DNA of 64,000 nucleotides from a phage: sequence record PZ386975.1; one strand, 5' to 3'. Shown piece by piece: positions 46,352 to 64,000 of this stretch (position 1 is its first letter; each line of letters starts with the position of its first letter). The notes under the pieces were generated by a model. It saw only the letters and a program-made list of their open reading frames with translations, ran no database searches and was not told where the DNA came from. The position numbers and the translations under genes were made by a program.

Positions 46352-46750
46352 ATGAAAACAGAATCTAGAGTAATTAATGGTAAGAAAGTAAATATCATTC
46401 TGCTTGGGGCAAGAGATGGTATTAAGATGTCTATGAAGTTGGGTAAAATTGTTGTTCCAACATTTGCACAGATGCTGTCAAGTCTGACTGACAAGGGTAA
46501 GAAGGAAGCTCCAATGGTTCCATTTAAAGAGCTTGTTGAAGCTTGTTTTGACAGAATTGAAGAAATTAACCTTGAAGAGATGGCTACCTTATTATTTCAA
46601 GGGGCAACTGTTGACGACTTCCCACTTAATATTGATACGTACTTCCAAGCAAACTACGGTGAGTTTATTGATTACTTAGCATTTGCGCTGGAGGCAAACT
46701 TCGGAAGTTTTTTCGAAGCAAGCATTTTCAAAAGCCTAACTTCTCAGTAA
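46352..46750 (+). CDS. tail assembly chaperone (putative)
   Basis: small acidic protein directly upstream of tape measure. Confidence 0.45.
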   Translation: MKTESRVINGKKVNIILLGARDGIKMSMKLGKIVVPTFAQMLSSLTDKGKKEAPMVPFKELVEACFDRIEEINLEEMATLLFQGATVDDFPLNIDTYFQANYGEFIDYLAFALEANFGSFFEASIFKSLTSQ

Positions 46751-46752
46751 AC

Positions 46753-46991
46753 ATGGGTAACACTCTACAGACACCACTAACTGATGCTGCTGTAGAGGCA
46801 ACCTATGAAGAAGCAGACGAGATGAAATTTGTGCTTGCTATTTATGGTATGGAAGGGTGTAAAGAAACACTTGACCAACTCTTTGCTATGACATTCTCTG
46901 ATTTATTATCATTGAGACAATTTCTTGAGATTCAGAGGTCGTATAAAGAGGAAATTGCTTACAACGAACTTAGAAGAGCAGGAAAAATGTA

Positions 46992-46992
<1 letters not shown>
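46753..46992 (+). CDS. tail assembly chaperone (putative, 79 aa)
   Basis: position upstream of tape measure. Confidence 0.4.
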
Positions 46993-55008
<8,016 letters not shown>

Positions 55009-55010
55009 TA

Positions 55011-56177
55011 ATGGCAGTAGGTGAAATTCAAATTAGTGCCTTGCCTCAAGCAGCCTTACCAATTGACCTTAGTGATATCTTCCATCTTAAGCAGGGTATT
55101 GAGGATAAGAGATGTACTCTTGAGCAATTACTTGCTCCACACTCAAGCCTAAGAAATAACCCCCACGGTGTTACTAAAACACAAATTGGTTTAGATAACG
55201 TTATCAATGCTCTTCAGTTAGTTGCTGCAAATAATTTATCAGACATTACTAATGTTGATGAGGCAAGAGCAAATCTACAGATTATGTCTTCAGAAGAGGT
55301 TAATAGCCTTGTCCAACAGCATATTAATGATAAGAGTAATCCACACAATACAACTAAAGCACAGGTTGGTTTAAGTAATGTTCAGAACTGGACAACATCT
55401 AATCTTTATAATGAAGATGCAGATAAGTACGCTACAGCAAGAGCAGTAAATAACTTGTACAAGGCTGTTCAGGCTTCTTATCCAGTAGGTACTATCCATC
55501 TCTCTATGAATCCTGCAAACCCTTCTACATATTTAATTTGTGGAGGTACTTGGGAGTTAGTTTCAAGAGGAAGAGCACTTGTAGGTTATGATAGTGATTC
55601 TAGGCCAGTTGGTAGTAACTTTGGCTCAAGTAGTGTTAGCTTATCTAGTAACAACCTACCATCACATAGTCATTCAATCTACCTAACTGGTGGTGGACAT
55701 ACTCATGGGGCTACTATTACTATCGATGGCTTTGATTACGGCAATAAGAGCACAAACAGTTTCGATTATGGAACAAAGACCACTAATAGCACTGGTGCTC
55801 ACACCCACTCAGTGAGCGGTTCAACAAATACCACAGGTAATCACACACATACTGTAGGTGGTCGTTACGGGGGTGACTCTATTGGTGGTAAACAACGTGT
55901 TCAGGTCTCAGGGACTGCTCAGGTTTCCAGTGTAGCTGGTGACCACTCACACACTATTAGCGGTTCAACAAATACCACAGGTAATCACCAACACACTGTT
56001 GCAATTGGTGCTCACACGCATACTGTTGCAATTGGTGCTCATACCCATAAAGGCACAGTAACCTTGCAGTCATCTGAGCATACTCACTCAGGTACTACAG
56101 GTACTACAGGTGCTGGTCAAGCATTCAGCGTTGAACAGCCATCCTTTGTGGTTTATGTATGGCAAAGAACCGCTTAA
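55011..56177 (+). CDS. tail fibre protein with C-terminal HxH-repeat tip domain
   Basis: repeats GAHTHSV, GNHTHTV, GDHSHTI, GNHQHTV, GAHTHTV; internal tandem DNA duplication about 55996-56050. Confidence 0.7.
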   Translation: MAVGEIQISALPQAALPIDLSDIFHLKQGIEDKRCTLEQLLAPHSSLRNNPHGVTKTQIGLDNVINALQLVAANNLSDITNVDEARANLQIMSSEEVNSLVQQHINDKSNPHNTTKAQVGLSNVQNWTTSNLYNEDADKYATARAVNNLYKAVQASYPVGTIHLSMNPANPSTYLICGGTWELVSRGRALVGYDSDSRPVGSNFGSSSVSLSSNNLPSHSHSIYLTGGGHTHGATITIDGFDYGNKSTNSFDYGTKTTNSTGAHTHSVSGSTNTTGNHTHTVGGRYGGDSIGGKQRVQVSGTAQVSSVAGDHSHTISGSTNTTGNHQHTVAIGAHTHTVAIGAHTHKGTVTLQSSEHTHSGTTGTTGAGQAFSVEQPSFVVYVWQRTA

Positions 56178-56227
56178 AAATTCTTTTACAGGGGGCTGTA
56201 CAGCCCTCTTTCTAGAGGACAAAAATA

Positions 56228-58573
56228 ATGGCAGATTACAAGTTGAGTGAATTAAACTCAATCGATACAATCCGTTCAGATGACCTTCTTCATGTCAGAG
56301 TTAAAAAGAGACCTGAAATGCTTGGCGATGAAGACCGTCGAATGACCTATCAAGACTTCTTAGCATCTTTTAAACTTGAAAGATTTGTTCAGATTGCTGG
56401 TAGCACTATGACAGGTGACTTAGGAATTGTTAAGTTACTTTATGGTGGTAAGGCAGTCTTTGACCCAACAGGTTCTTCTGAGATTACTATTGGGGATGTT
56501 TTAAAGACTTTTAAAATCAACGCAAACGGCCTTAAACTGACTATTGCAGACGCTTCAAGGTCGGCAACTGTTTATCATACTCTGAATAAGCCAAGTCCTA
56601 ATGAACTTGGGATGAGAACTAATGAAGAGAATGACGCAAGATATGCAAGACTTGCTGTCACAAACACATTCTCTGGGACTCAGCAAATTCAAGGTGATGC
56701 TAACTTACTTCGCCTTAGAAACCAAAATGCAAATAATGCACAATATATTGAAGGTGTAGACCTAGATGGTTCGGCTAGATGGTGGGTCGGTATTGGTCGC
56801 AATGGCGGTGATACAGTAAACCTGTATAACAACAAATACGACTCAGCCTTGACTGTTGCAAGTAATATTTCTGTTAATAAGTCTTTAGTAATCACTGGTC
56901 AAGTTCAACCTTCAGATTTCTCTAACTTAGATGCTAGATACTTTACTCAGACAGTTGCTAATCAGAGATTTGCACAGTTAGCTGCGAATAACACTTTTAC
57001 AGGTGCTAATACTTTCACTAACCTTGTTGTTAAAAAAAATGCTAATGCTATTACTTTGCAGAATACTGATGAAGGTACAGCACTTTATATTCTCGGTAAG
57101 AAGTCTGATGGAACAAATAAATGGTATGTTGGTACAGACTCTGATGAGACACGTCTGAACATTTATAACTACCTTACAGGTTCACAGGTTTCACTAGGGA
57201 CTACTATTGGTATTAATAAAACCGTGCAAATCAATGGTCAAGTTCAGCCATCTGATTGGACTAACATCGACTCTAGATATATTCCGGCAGCAACATTAAG
57301 TACAATTGCAAGAACTAATGCACAAAATACTTTTAATGGTGCGCAAACAGTTGTTAGTGATGGCGAAGGTTTAGTTATTAAAAACTCCACTCAGAATAGG
57401 CCATTGTATATTCGTGGTAAGGACGCTGCCAATGTATCAAGATGGTGGTTAGGTGTTGGTGACCCAAATTCTACTGATGTAGCCTTAAACAACAGCTTCT
57501 CTGGCACTCAGTTAATTTTAGGTAACTCATCTGCAAGTATCAATAAGACATTAACCCTAGCAGGGCAGATTCAACCCTCAGATTTCTCTAACTTAGATGC
57601 TAGATATTACACGCAATCTACCGCAAACTCTAGGTATATGCTTGCTTATTCTTCTGGCACTGGTACAGAGGTAGGTGATAGTGATGGCGTTGCTTGGAAT
57701 GCTAAAACTGGTCTGTATAATGTTACAAGGTTTAATGGAGGCTCAACACTACTTGTTTTCCAAATGTATCAAGGTTCAAGCTCTACTCCTTCTGCTCAAT
57801 TGAAATTCGACTACAGGAATGGAGGATTTTGGTACAGGTCATCAAGGGATAATTTTGGTTTTGAAGAGGACTTCACACAGATTTATACAGAAAGGTATAA
57901 ACCAACCCCTTCAGCTATCGGTGCATACACTAAAGCAGAAACTGACCAGAAGATTGCACAGGCAGTAAGTGATTCAACAGACCTTAACAAAATCTATCCT
58001 GTTGGTATTGTAACGTGGTTTAACAGTAATGTTAACCCTAATACAGCACTCCCTGGGTTAACTTGGACGTATCTGAACAATGGTGTTGGTAGAACTATTA
58101 GAATTGCAGCAGCAAACGGTTCAGATGTTGCTACAACTGGTGGTTCAGATTCTGTAACGTTATCTGTTGGTAACTTACCTTCACACACTCATAGCTTCTC
58201 TGCGACTACTTCATCGTTTGACTATGGTACTAAAACCACTAACACTACTGGTGCTCACACCCACTCAGTGAGTGGTTCTACTAACAACACTGGTGCTCAT
58301 ACACATACAGTTGGTGGTCGTTATGGTGGTGACTCTATCGGTGGTAAACAACGTGTTCAGGTATCTGGTACAGAACAGGTATCTAGCTCTGCTGGTGCTC
58401 ACTCTCACACTGTATCTGGTACTGCTGCCTCTAACGGAAACCATGCTCACACTGTTGGTATTGGTGCTCACAGTCATACAGTTAGTGGTAACACTGGTGG
58501 TACAGGTTCTGGTTCAGCATTTAGTGTAACTAACCAGTTCTATAAGCTGATGGCTTGGGTAAGAACTGCTTAA
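56228..58573 (+). CDS. long tail fibre protein (781 aa) with paralogous C-terminal HxH-repeat tip
   Basis: C-terminal about 90 aa nearly identical to the tip of 55011..56177; repeated QPSDxxNxDxRY segments in the shaft. Confidence 0.7.
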   Translation: MADYKLSELNSIDTIRSDDLLHVRVKKRPEMLGDEDRRMTYQDFLASFKLERFVQIAGSTMTGDLGIVKLLYGGKAVFDPTGSSEITIGDVLKTFKINANGLKLTIADASRSATVYHTLNKPSPNELGMRTNEENDARYARLAVTNTFSGTQQIQGDANLLRLRNQNANNAQYIEGVDLDGSARWWVGIGRNGGDTVNLYNNKYDSALTVASNISVNKSLVITGQVQPSDFSNLDARYFTQTVANQRFAQLAANNTFTGANTFTNLVVKKNANAITLQNTDEGTALYILGKKSDGTNKWYVGTDSDETRLNIYNYLTGSQVSLGTTIGINKTVQINGQVQPSDWTNIDSRYIPAATLSTIARTNAQNTFNGAQTVVSDGEGLVIKNSTQNRPLYIRGKDAANVSRWWLGVGDPNSTDVALNNSFSGTQLILGNSSASINKTLTLAGQIQPSDFSNLDARYYTQSTANSRYMLAYSSGTGTEVGDSDGVAWNAKTGLYNVTRFNGGSTLLVFQMYQGSSSTPSAQLKFDYRNGGFWYRSSRDNFGFEEDFTQIYTERYKPTPSAIGAYTKAETDQKIAQAVSDSTDLNKIYPVGIVTWFNSNVNPNTALPGLTWTYLNNGVGRTIRIAAANGSDVATTGGSDSVTLSVGNLPSHTHSFSATTSSFDYGTKTTNTTGAHTHSVSGSTNNTGAHTHTVGGRYGGDSIGGKQRVQVSGTEQVSSSAGAHSHTVSGTAASNGNHAHTVGIGAHSHTVSGNTGGTGSGSAFSVTNQFYKLMAWVRTA

Positions 58574-58652
58574 TCCCTTATTGACTGATTGTTAAGATGG
58601 TGTTAATATTCTTTATGGGTATTCTCACCATCTTGGCTGATGAGGTGATTAA

Positions 58653-58850
58653 ATGCCTACAATCCTAGCAATTCTTCTAAAAAATCTAGGTAGCTTCTTC
58701 TGGAAACTCATTTTATCCCTTCTAAGTGAATACATGATTGAGAAAGTGTTCTTTAAGCTTGCAAGATACCTTGCGAGTAAAACAGACACACCTATTGATG
58801 ATGAGTTCGTAGATAACTTAGAAAAAGCTTTTAAGGGGGAGAATAAATGA
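58653..58850 (+). CDS. hypothetical small protein with hydrophobic N-terminus (65 aa), possible membrane protein
   Basis: ORF after the tail fibre genes. Confidence 0.4.
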   Translation: MPTILAILLKNLGSFFWKLILSLLSEYMIEKVFFKLARYLASKTDTPIDDEFVDNLEKAFKGENK

Positions 58851-59218
58851 AGTGGCTAGAGGAAGCTTTTAAAAATAATATTGGTGCAATTGTAGTTGGT
58901 ATTTTTAGTGTTATTGGGATGTATACCACCATGCAAGTTTCGGATGGTAAACAAGAAGTGTCTATCACAACAAAGTTACAGCAGTTAGATAATTATTCCA
59001 AAAGTAATTATTCAGCTATTCGTGATTTACAGTCTGATATGAGGCTGCTTCAGCTAGGGATGGAGAACCAGAAAGTTCAGTTAGAGAATGTTAAGGGAGA
59101 GAACGCAAAACTTACTAAGACTCTTGATAAATTCTCTGATAGTGTGAACAATCTGGCTCAGTCAGTATCAGCCCTCCAAGCTATTACTGAAAAGAACACA
59201 AAGAATACTGAAAAGTAA
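58847..59218 (+). CDS. hypothetical membrane protein with coiled-coil (123 aa)
   Basis: TM segment IGAIVVGIFSVIGMY followed by heptad-like Q/L-rich region. Confidence 0.45.
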   Translation: MKWLEEAFKNNIGAIVVGIFSVIGMYTTMQVSDGKQEVSITTKLQQLDNYSKSNYSAIRDLQSDMRLLQLGMENQKVQLENVKGENAKLTKTLDKFSDSVNNLAQSVSALQAITEKNTKNTEK

Positions 59219-59223
59219 AGTTT

Positions 59224-59250
59224 AAGGCTCCTTTTTACGGGAGCCTTTTT
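59224..59250. terminator. bidirectional rho-independent terminator between convergent blocks
   Basis: AAGGCTCCTTTTTACGGGAGCCTT with T-run after and A-rich before. Confidence 0.7.
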
Positions 59251-59254
59251 TGTT

Positions 59255-60154
59255 TTATTTACCTACTGATAAAGGTGCTTCAATCTTTCCTGCATGTTGG
59301 TAGTTACTAATTCCACCAATAAAGTCACTTGCAGTGAGATGTTTAAGGTCACTTAAAGTGTTAAGTGGTACACCAATCTCAAAAGTAGGTGCATGGAACT
59401 CTTTATTGTTCATCAGTTCATAAACCTGCTTCATATGGTTCTGATAAATCTGAGTATCCCCAAAAACACCTATCAAGTACCGTGGAGTGTACCCAGTCAT
59501 CTTGCAAAGAACTTCCAGAATAAAACCATAAGATGCAATATTAAATGGAAGTCCTAAAAAGGTGTCTACAGAACGCTGATACCATTGTAAGTCAACTTCA
59601 CCCTCGTTAGTGATATAAATCTGAAACAGGACATGACAAGGTGCTAAAGCCATTGAGTTAGCTGCAATATCTGCTGCATTCCAAGCATTAACAAGCATGT
59701 AACGGTCTGTGATATCACCCTTCATTTTCGTTACTAAGGTCTCTAACTGGTCTACAACACAACCATTATGACCTTCAAAGTTTCTCCACTGAACCCCGTA
59801 GATTCTTCCACCTGCATCGTCTAACCAATCCTGTTCAGAAGAATAATTAGAGCTTAACCAGCGTTTAAAATCATCTGACCAGATAGTCCAGCGTTCCCCA
59901 TCATTTTCATCCCAAGTACGGTAACGGAGTTCACCAAGTTTATTCTCACCATTCAGGAACCATAAAGCTTCCCCAATAACTTGCCGTGTAAACACCTGTT
60001 TAGATGTTAAGAGTGGGAAACCAGTTCGCATATCAAAACGAAACTGAGGTGGAGCAAATGCAGAGATAACATCTCCAGTTCGTGTAGTACGCAGTTCACC
60101 AACGGATAAAACATGGTTCAGGATATTTTTATAACTCAAGTCTGCTTGTGACAT
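59255..60154 (-). CDS. thyA: thymidylate synthase
   Basis: active-site ALAPCHVLFQ and GDTQIYQNH motifs; 299 aa. Confidence 0.9.
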   Translation of the reverse strand: MSQADLSYKNILNHVLSVGELRTTRTGDVISAFAPPQFRFDMRTGFPLLTSKQVFTRQVIGEALWFLNGENKLGELRYRTWDENDGERWTIWSDDFKRWLSSNYSSEQDWLDDAGGRIYGVQWRNFEGHNGCVVDQLETLVTKMKGDITDRYMLVNAWNAADIAANSMALAPCHVLFQIYITNEGEVDLQWYQRSVDTFLGLPFNIASYGFILEVLCKMTGYTPRYLIGVFGDTQIYQNHMKQVYELMNNKEFHAPTFEIGVPLNTLSDLKHLTASDFIGGISNYQHAGKIEAPLSVGK

Positions 60155-60155
60155 A

Positions 60156-60701
60156 TCAAAAGTGTCCTTTTACTTGTGGAACATAAATTTCAAAGGTTGC
60201 TTTACCATCATCCGATGGTCTTGACTGCACCTTTGCAAATACACGGCTATCATACAGTTTATCGAAGAAGTTTTCAAAAGGTAAATACACAGTGGCTTCT
60301 TCAGTAACTTTATGGAAAACTGTATGGAACACTACATCAGCATATGGTAAAGCATTGACAAGGACACCTGCACCACCAATTACAAAGATATCTTCATCAA
60401 TAGAGCTATCAAGATACTTCAAAAATGCTCCAAATGACTCTTTACCAGCTTTAGCAAACATAACATCATCTTTACCAAAGTCTATACCATAATAAGGCAC
60501 AGAGTTTGTTAAGATAAGGTTTTCACGTTCTGGTAAAGGTTTACTTCCCAGAGTCTTAAAAGTCTCATTACCCATAACTACTAAGTTATCTTTAGTGAGT
60601 CTCTTAAACTCTTGCATGTCCTGTTTATGACGAGGCCACGGCATACCAGTTGGAGTACCAAACTCACCATTTTCGCCACTTGCAAAGATTAATTTAATCA
60701 T
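60156..60701 (-). CDS. folA: dihydrofolate reductase
   Basis: GMPWPRH and VVMGNETFKTLG motifs; 181 aa; immediately upstream of thyA. Confidence 0.8.
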   Translation of the reverse strand: MIKLIFASGENGEFGTPTGMPWPRHKQDMQEFKRLTKDNLVVMGNETFKTLGSKPLPERENLILTNSVPYYGIDFGKDDVMFAKAGKESFGAFLKYLDSSIDEDIFVIGGAGVLVNALPYADVVFHTVFHKVTEEATVYLPFENFFDKLYDSRVFAKVQSRPSDDGKATFEIYVPQVKGHF

Positions 60702-60958
60702 TTTGTAAATCCTTTCTTAATGAACCAGTTGATAACATTCTTCACAGCTTTATTGCTATGGTAGATTAAGTGTGGTGTAGGTTGATATGAACCATAAGCC
60801 CAGAATGATAGATGCTCACCACAACCAACACATGTCGTACTCTCTTCAGCTATATGACCATTAACAATCACATGAACTTCACCTTGCAAGTCTGTACACC
60901 CACAATGTGGACAACGTATAGGTGTTCCATCGGACTCATAGCAGTGTTCAATTTTCAT
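60698..60958 (-). CDS. hypothetical Cys-rich protein (zinc-ribbon-like)
   Basis: CPHCGC...CVGCGEH. Confidence 0.45.
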   Translation of the reverse strand: MKIEHCYESDGTPIRCPHCGCTDLQGEVHVIVNGHIAEESTTCVGCGEHLSFWAYGSYQPTPHLIYHSNKAVKNVINWFIKKGFTK

Positions 60959-61474
60959 TTATTTAACCTCAAAAACTGGTTCAAGAACCAATATAAAGTC
61001 TACACAGTCATCTTCTTCATCCAGAATACCATCAAAGTTCTTAGGAACGAAGTCGAATAGACTCATAGAGTAGCGGTCAGAAGTAATCCTGATAGTTCCT
61101 TCGATATTCTCTACAGTTAATATTGTACGGCTTTCTGTTACCTCACTAAGAAGATTACTTACAAAGTCATCTAAGAAGTGCTTCATCAGTGATTTAAAGC
61201 CTTTAGGGTAATCTGTACCAGAGTATGTTTCAATCTGAGGTACAAGCTTAACATTGATACTAGTCTTTGTTAAGAATGTGCTAGAGAACATACTATCAGG
61301 CAACTTACAAACAGTCTTTCCAGTACCTTCATGTTCAATCTCAACAAAACCAGCTTCATCACCACATGTAACTATTTTAAATGATGCTTCATTATCACCC
61401 TGTGAAGCCATAAACTTTTTAAGCATCTCCTTAAGGAAATCTGCATGAGCATCTTGTAAGTAGATATCAATCAT
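60959..61474 (-). CDS. hypothetical protein (171 aa)
   Basis: ORF in minus-strand block. Confidence 0.5.
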   Translation of the reverse strand: MIDIYLQDAHADFLKEMLKKFMASQGDNEASFKIVTCGDEAGFVEIEHEGTGKTVCKLPDSMFSSTFLTKTSINVKLVPQIETYSGTDYPKGFKSLMKHFLDDFVSNLLSEVTESRTILTVENIEGTIRITSDRYSMSLFDFVPKNFDGILDEEDDCVDFILVLEPVFEVK

Positions 61475-61487
61475 AGTTAATCACCTA

Positions 61488-61847
61488 TTATGGGAACAGA
61501 CACTTGATGTCATCGTTTTTAAAAACAAAACTTGTGTAGTTGTGACCATCAACATCCAGCCAAACAGCCTGAACATCTACACCATCAAGATTGTGGTAAA
61601 GCTCTTTGATGAAGTGGTCTTTCACAATCTGGCTACTAGTTGTCTCCAGCTTAATGTTTGAGATTGCTGAACCTACAGCCATATAACCCATGACACGTTT
61701 CTTCTCAGTATGCTTAATCTTACCATCTTTGTAAGCCATAATGAGATTGGAAAGAATCTTTACACCATAATACTTTTCAAGGTGAGTAGGAACACCATAA
61801 AAGCCTAGTGCGAAGTTTTCAGAGTGGATAATGTTTTCACGTTTCAT
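61488..61847 (-). CDS. hypothetical protein (119 aa)
   Basis: ORF in minus-strand block. Confidence 0.5.
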   Translation of the reverse strand: MKRENIIHSENFALGFYGVPTHLEKYYGVKILSNLIMAYKDGKIKHTEKKRVMGYMAVGSAISNIKLETTSSQIVKDHFIKELYHNLDGVDVQAVWLDVDGHNYTSFVFKNDDIKCLFP

Positions 61848-61848
61848 A

Positions 61849-62178
61849 TTAATCTGCCAACCTTAAATTAAAATTAACACCAAATTTTTCACATACTTCC
61901 AACATAAACTCAAGAGAGACATTACCAGTGAGGTTGATTATGTTGGATACACGAGCCTGAGAGATACCACAAATTTTAGCAACTTGCTCTTGAGAAAGAC
62001 CTCTGGATTTAATCTCTCTCTTAAAACGATGTGCAACGAAATCTCTCATTTCCTCTACATCCATTGGACAAATATAACTCTCCATTTCAGCTTCTCTGTC
62101 AGCCTCCCAATCATCTTGTGGAGCATAAGGGTCAAAAACCTCATTCATCTTTCTTCTTCCGTTTGCGTGGAGTGTCAA
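61849..62178 (-). CDS. XRE-family helix-turn-helix DNA-binding protein (putative transcriptional regulator)
   Basis: LSQEQVAKICGISQARVSNI HTH signature. Confidence 0.55.
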   Translation of the reverse strand: MTLHANGRRKMNEVFDPYAPQDDWEADREAEMESYICPMDVEEMRDFVAHRFKREIKSRGLSQEQVAKICGISQARVSNIINLTGNVSLEFMLEVCEKFGVNFNLRLAD

Positions 62179-62353
62179 TCAATGAATCTATGTTTGTAGC
62201 CCTAACCTTTTCACGTTCATCATTAAGATAATCGTCAAGAGCCTTTTCAATCTGTGAATCATCTTGACAGATAACTGTAAAAACTGTAAAGCCGTCTGTA
62301 TCGTCAATTATCTTACCATAACCGCTTCTGGGATGTAACTTTTTAAGAGCCAT
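62141..62353 (-). CDS. hypothetical protein (70 aa)
   Basis: ORF in minus-strand block. Confidence 0.4.
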   Translation of the reverse strand: MALKKLHPRSGYGKIIDDTDGFTVFTVICQDDSQIEKALDDYLNDEREKVRATNIDSLIDTPRKRKKKDE

Positions 62354-62354
62354 G

Positions 62355-62738
62355 TCAAATACCTGTGCAGCTTCTGTTTTCTAAGAAATACTCAACACCA
62401 TACATAGCTTTTTGCATCAAATCTTCTTTAAACTGGATACGATGGTTGAGCATAGCCTGTACATCAATATCATCATGGTGCTTCTCTTTAATATTTGCAG
62501 ATTGCAGGAAATACTCTGCAAGAACACGATACTGGTAGTCAGTTACCTTATCAGTCATCTCTGTCAAAGACTCTTCAGAGATTGGTTTAAGTAACTCACC
62601 TTTAGATAGCGCAACACCTTTTACAATCTGGCAAGTGTCTTCTGGAACACCTGATAAGCCAACATTTGGGAGTTCTGTTGCATTGACTGGTAAATTCATT
62701 GCCATAACCATTGCAGCAGCTAATAAAATCTTTTTCAT
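62355..62738 (-). CDS. hypothetical secreted protein with signal peptide (127 aa)
   Basis: N-terminal MKKILLAAAMVMAMNLPVNA. Confidence 0.5.
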   Translation of the reverse strand: MKKILLAAAMVMAMNLPVNATELPNVGLSGVPEDTCQIVKGVALSKGELLKPISEESLTEMTDKVTDYQYRVLAEYFLQSANIKEKHHDDIDVQAMLNHRIQFKEDLMQKAMYGVEYFLENRSCTGI

Positions 62739-62759
62739 AATGACCTCAAAGTTATATTA

Positions 62760-63290
62760 AATTTTGTATTACATTGAGTATAAAAATAAGCTATAACACC
62801 TGACTTGTCAACAGATTTTATAGCTTATTTGGCAGATTTTTTATAAGGCTACTGCCATCCTTCCATACCAAACCCTACCGAACAGAACCATGCTTTGCCA
62901 TACTGGACAACACCTGACCAGACATCACTTAAAAACCCTTTTCAAAGACTCTTAAGTGATGTAATCGAATTTTAATGTAGCTCCGATTAACTACCCATAC
63001 CTTGCATTACTTCACCAAACCGTACATTACTTCACCAAACCATACATTACCAGACCATGCCACACCTGTCCAAACTCAACCTCATTAAAAGACCCTCTTT
63101 AAAGACCTTTTAATAAGGTAAGTCTCATTTTTATGTAGTTGAGACTAACTACCCATACTTTACCTTACCATACCAGACCTCACCCCGCCTTACCGCACCA
63201 GACAGCACAATGCAGTACAGTACCTTATTAAAAGACCCTGTTTAAAGACCTTTTAAAAAGGAGCCTCCGAAGAGGCTACCTAGTCAACTT
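62760..63290. repeat. repeat-rich non-coding region: 20-bp tandem repeat (63005-63055) and two copies each of about 30-35-bp motifs
   Basis: CATTACTTCACCAAACCRTA x2.5; AAAAGACCCTSTTTAAAGACCTTTTAA at about 63087 and 63228; ..TGTAG...ACTAACTACCCATAC at about 62965 and 63131. Confidence 0.65.
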
Positions 63291-63729
63291 AGAAAGGTTT
63301 TCTACGTTGCTTGTTAATGTTAGCTTTCATAGCAGCTAAGTGGTTTTGCTGTTCAATCAGTCGTGAGCGTTCTTGATGGCTAAGTGCCATAGTGTTCACA
63401 TTCTCAATAGCTTGAGTGGCTTGCTTTAAAGCTCGACCAATCTTACCAGACATTTTACGTTTTGCAATAGTTGCTTGATGTTTAGGTTCAACCACACGAT
63501 AACCAACACCCATTGAAGCAACCAGATAAATCTTCTCTTCTTTAAGAAGCTTCTCAATAAACTTCTCAAGTCGGTTTAGACGTGTAAGCGCATAAGCCTT
63601 CATTTCATCTTCGTACTTAACAATGTCACCTTGATAAGTTGGCTTCACAATACCTAAGAAGGTATCCATCTCAGAATGTGATACAGTGTCACCGTAACTA
63701 AACTTTGCTGCTAATGCTTTTGTATTCAT
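63289..63729 (-). CDS. hypothetical protein (146 aa)
   Basis: ORF with hairpin 63265-63285 downstream. Confidence 0.5.
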   Translation of the reverse strand: MNTKALAAKFSYGDTVSHSEMDTFLGIVKPTYQGDIVKYEDEMKAYALTRLNRLEKFIEKLLKEEKIYLVASMGVGYRVVEPKHQATIAKRKMSGKIGRALKQATQAIENVNTMALSHQERSRLIEQQNHLAAMKANINKQRRKPF

Positions 63730-63731
63730 AA

Positions 63732-63998
<267 letters not shown>

Positions 63999-64000
63999 GT

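Overview
This 64-kb window looks like part of a large virulent tailed phage (contractile-tail, myovirus-type) genome, organised as four transcription blocks: (1) plus-strand early/metabolic genes at 1-18.9 kb, (2) a minus-strand block at 20.6-27.8 kb with a GH24 lysozyme, (3) a plus-strand block at 28-59.2 kb with a vWA/Ro60-like gene, a ~5-kb cluster of about 26 tRNA genes, then terminase-to-tail-fibre structural genes, (4) a minus-strand block from 59.3 kb starting with thymidylate synthase and DHFR. The most interesting content is: a Prs-like plus NAMPT-like gene pair consistent with a two-enzyme NAD+ reconstitution (anti-defence) pathway, with a macro-domain gene nearby; a Ro60-like vWA protein gene next to four covarying structured-RNA elements in the tRNA cluster, one enclosing a circularly permuted tRNA-like module (Y-RNA/YrlA-like); a 6-kb array of small ORFs separated by repeated hairpin-RBS modules; and a 1.7-kb iteron-rich non-coding region. 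All calls are made by eye from the sequence and motif memory; no searches or structure predictions were run, and tRNA boundaries and anticodons are approximate. Gene content is reminiscent of Felix-O1-like myophages, but that is unverified.
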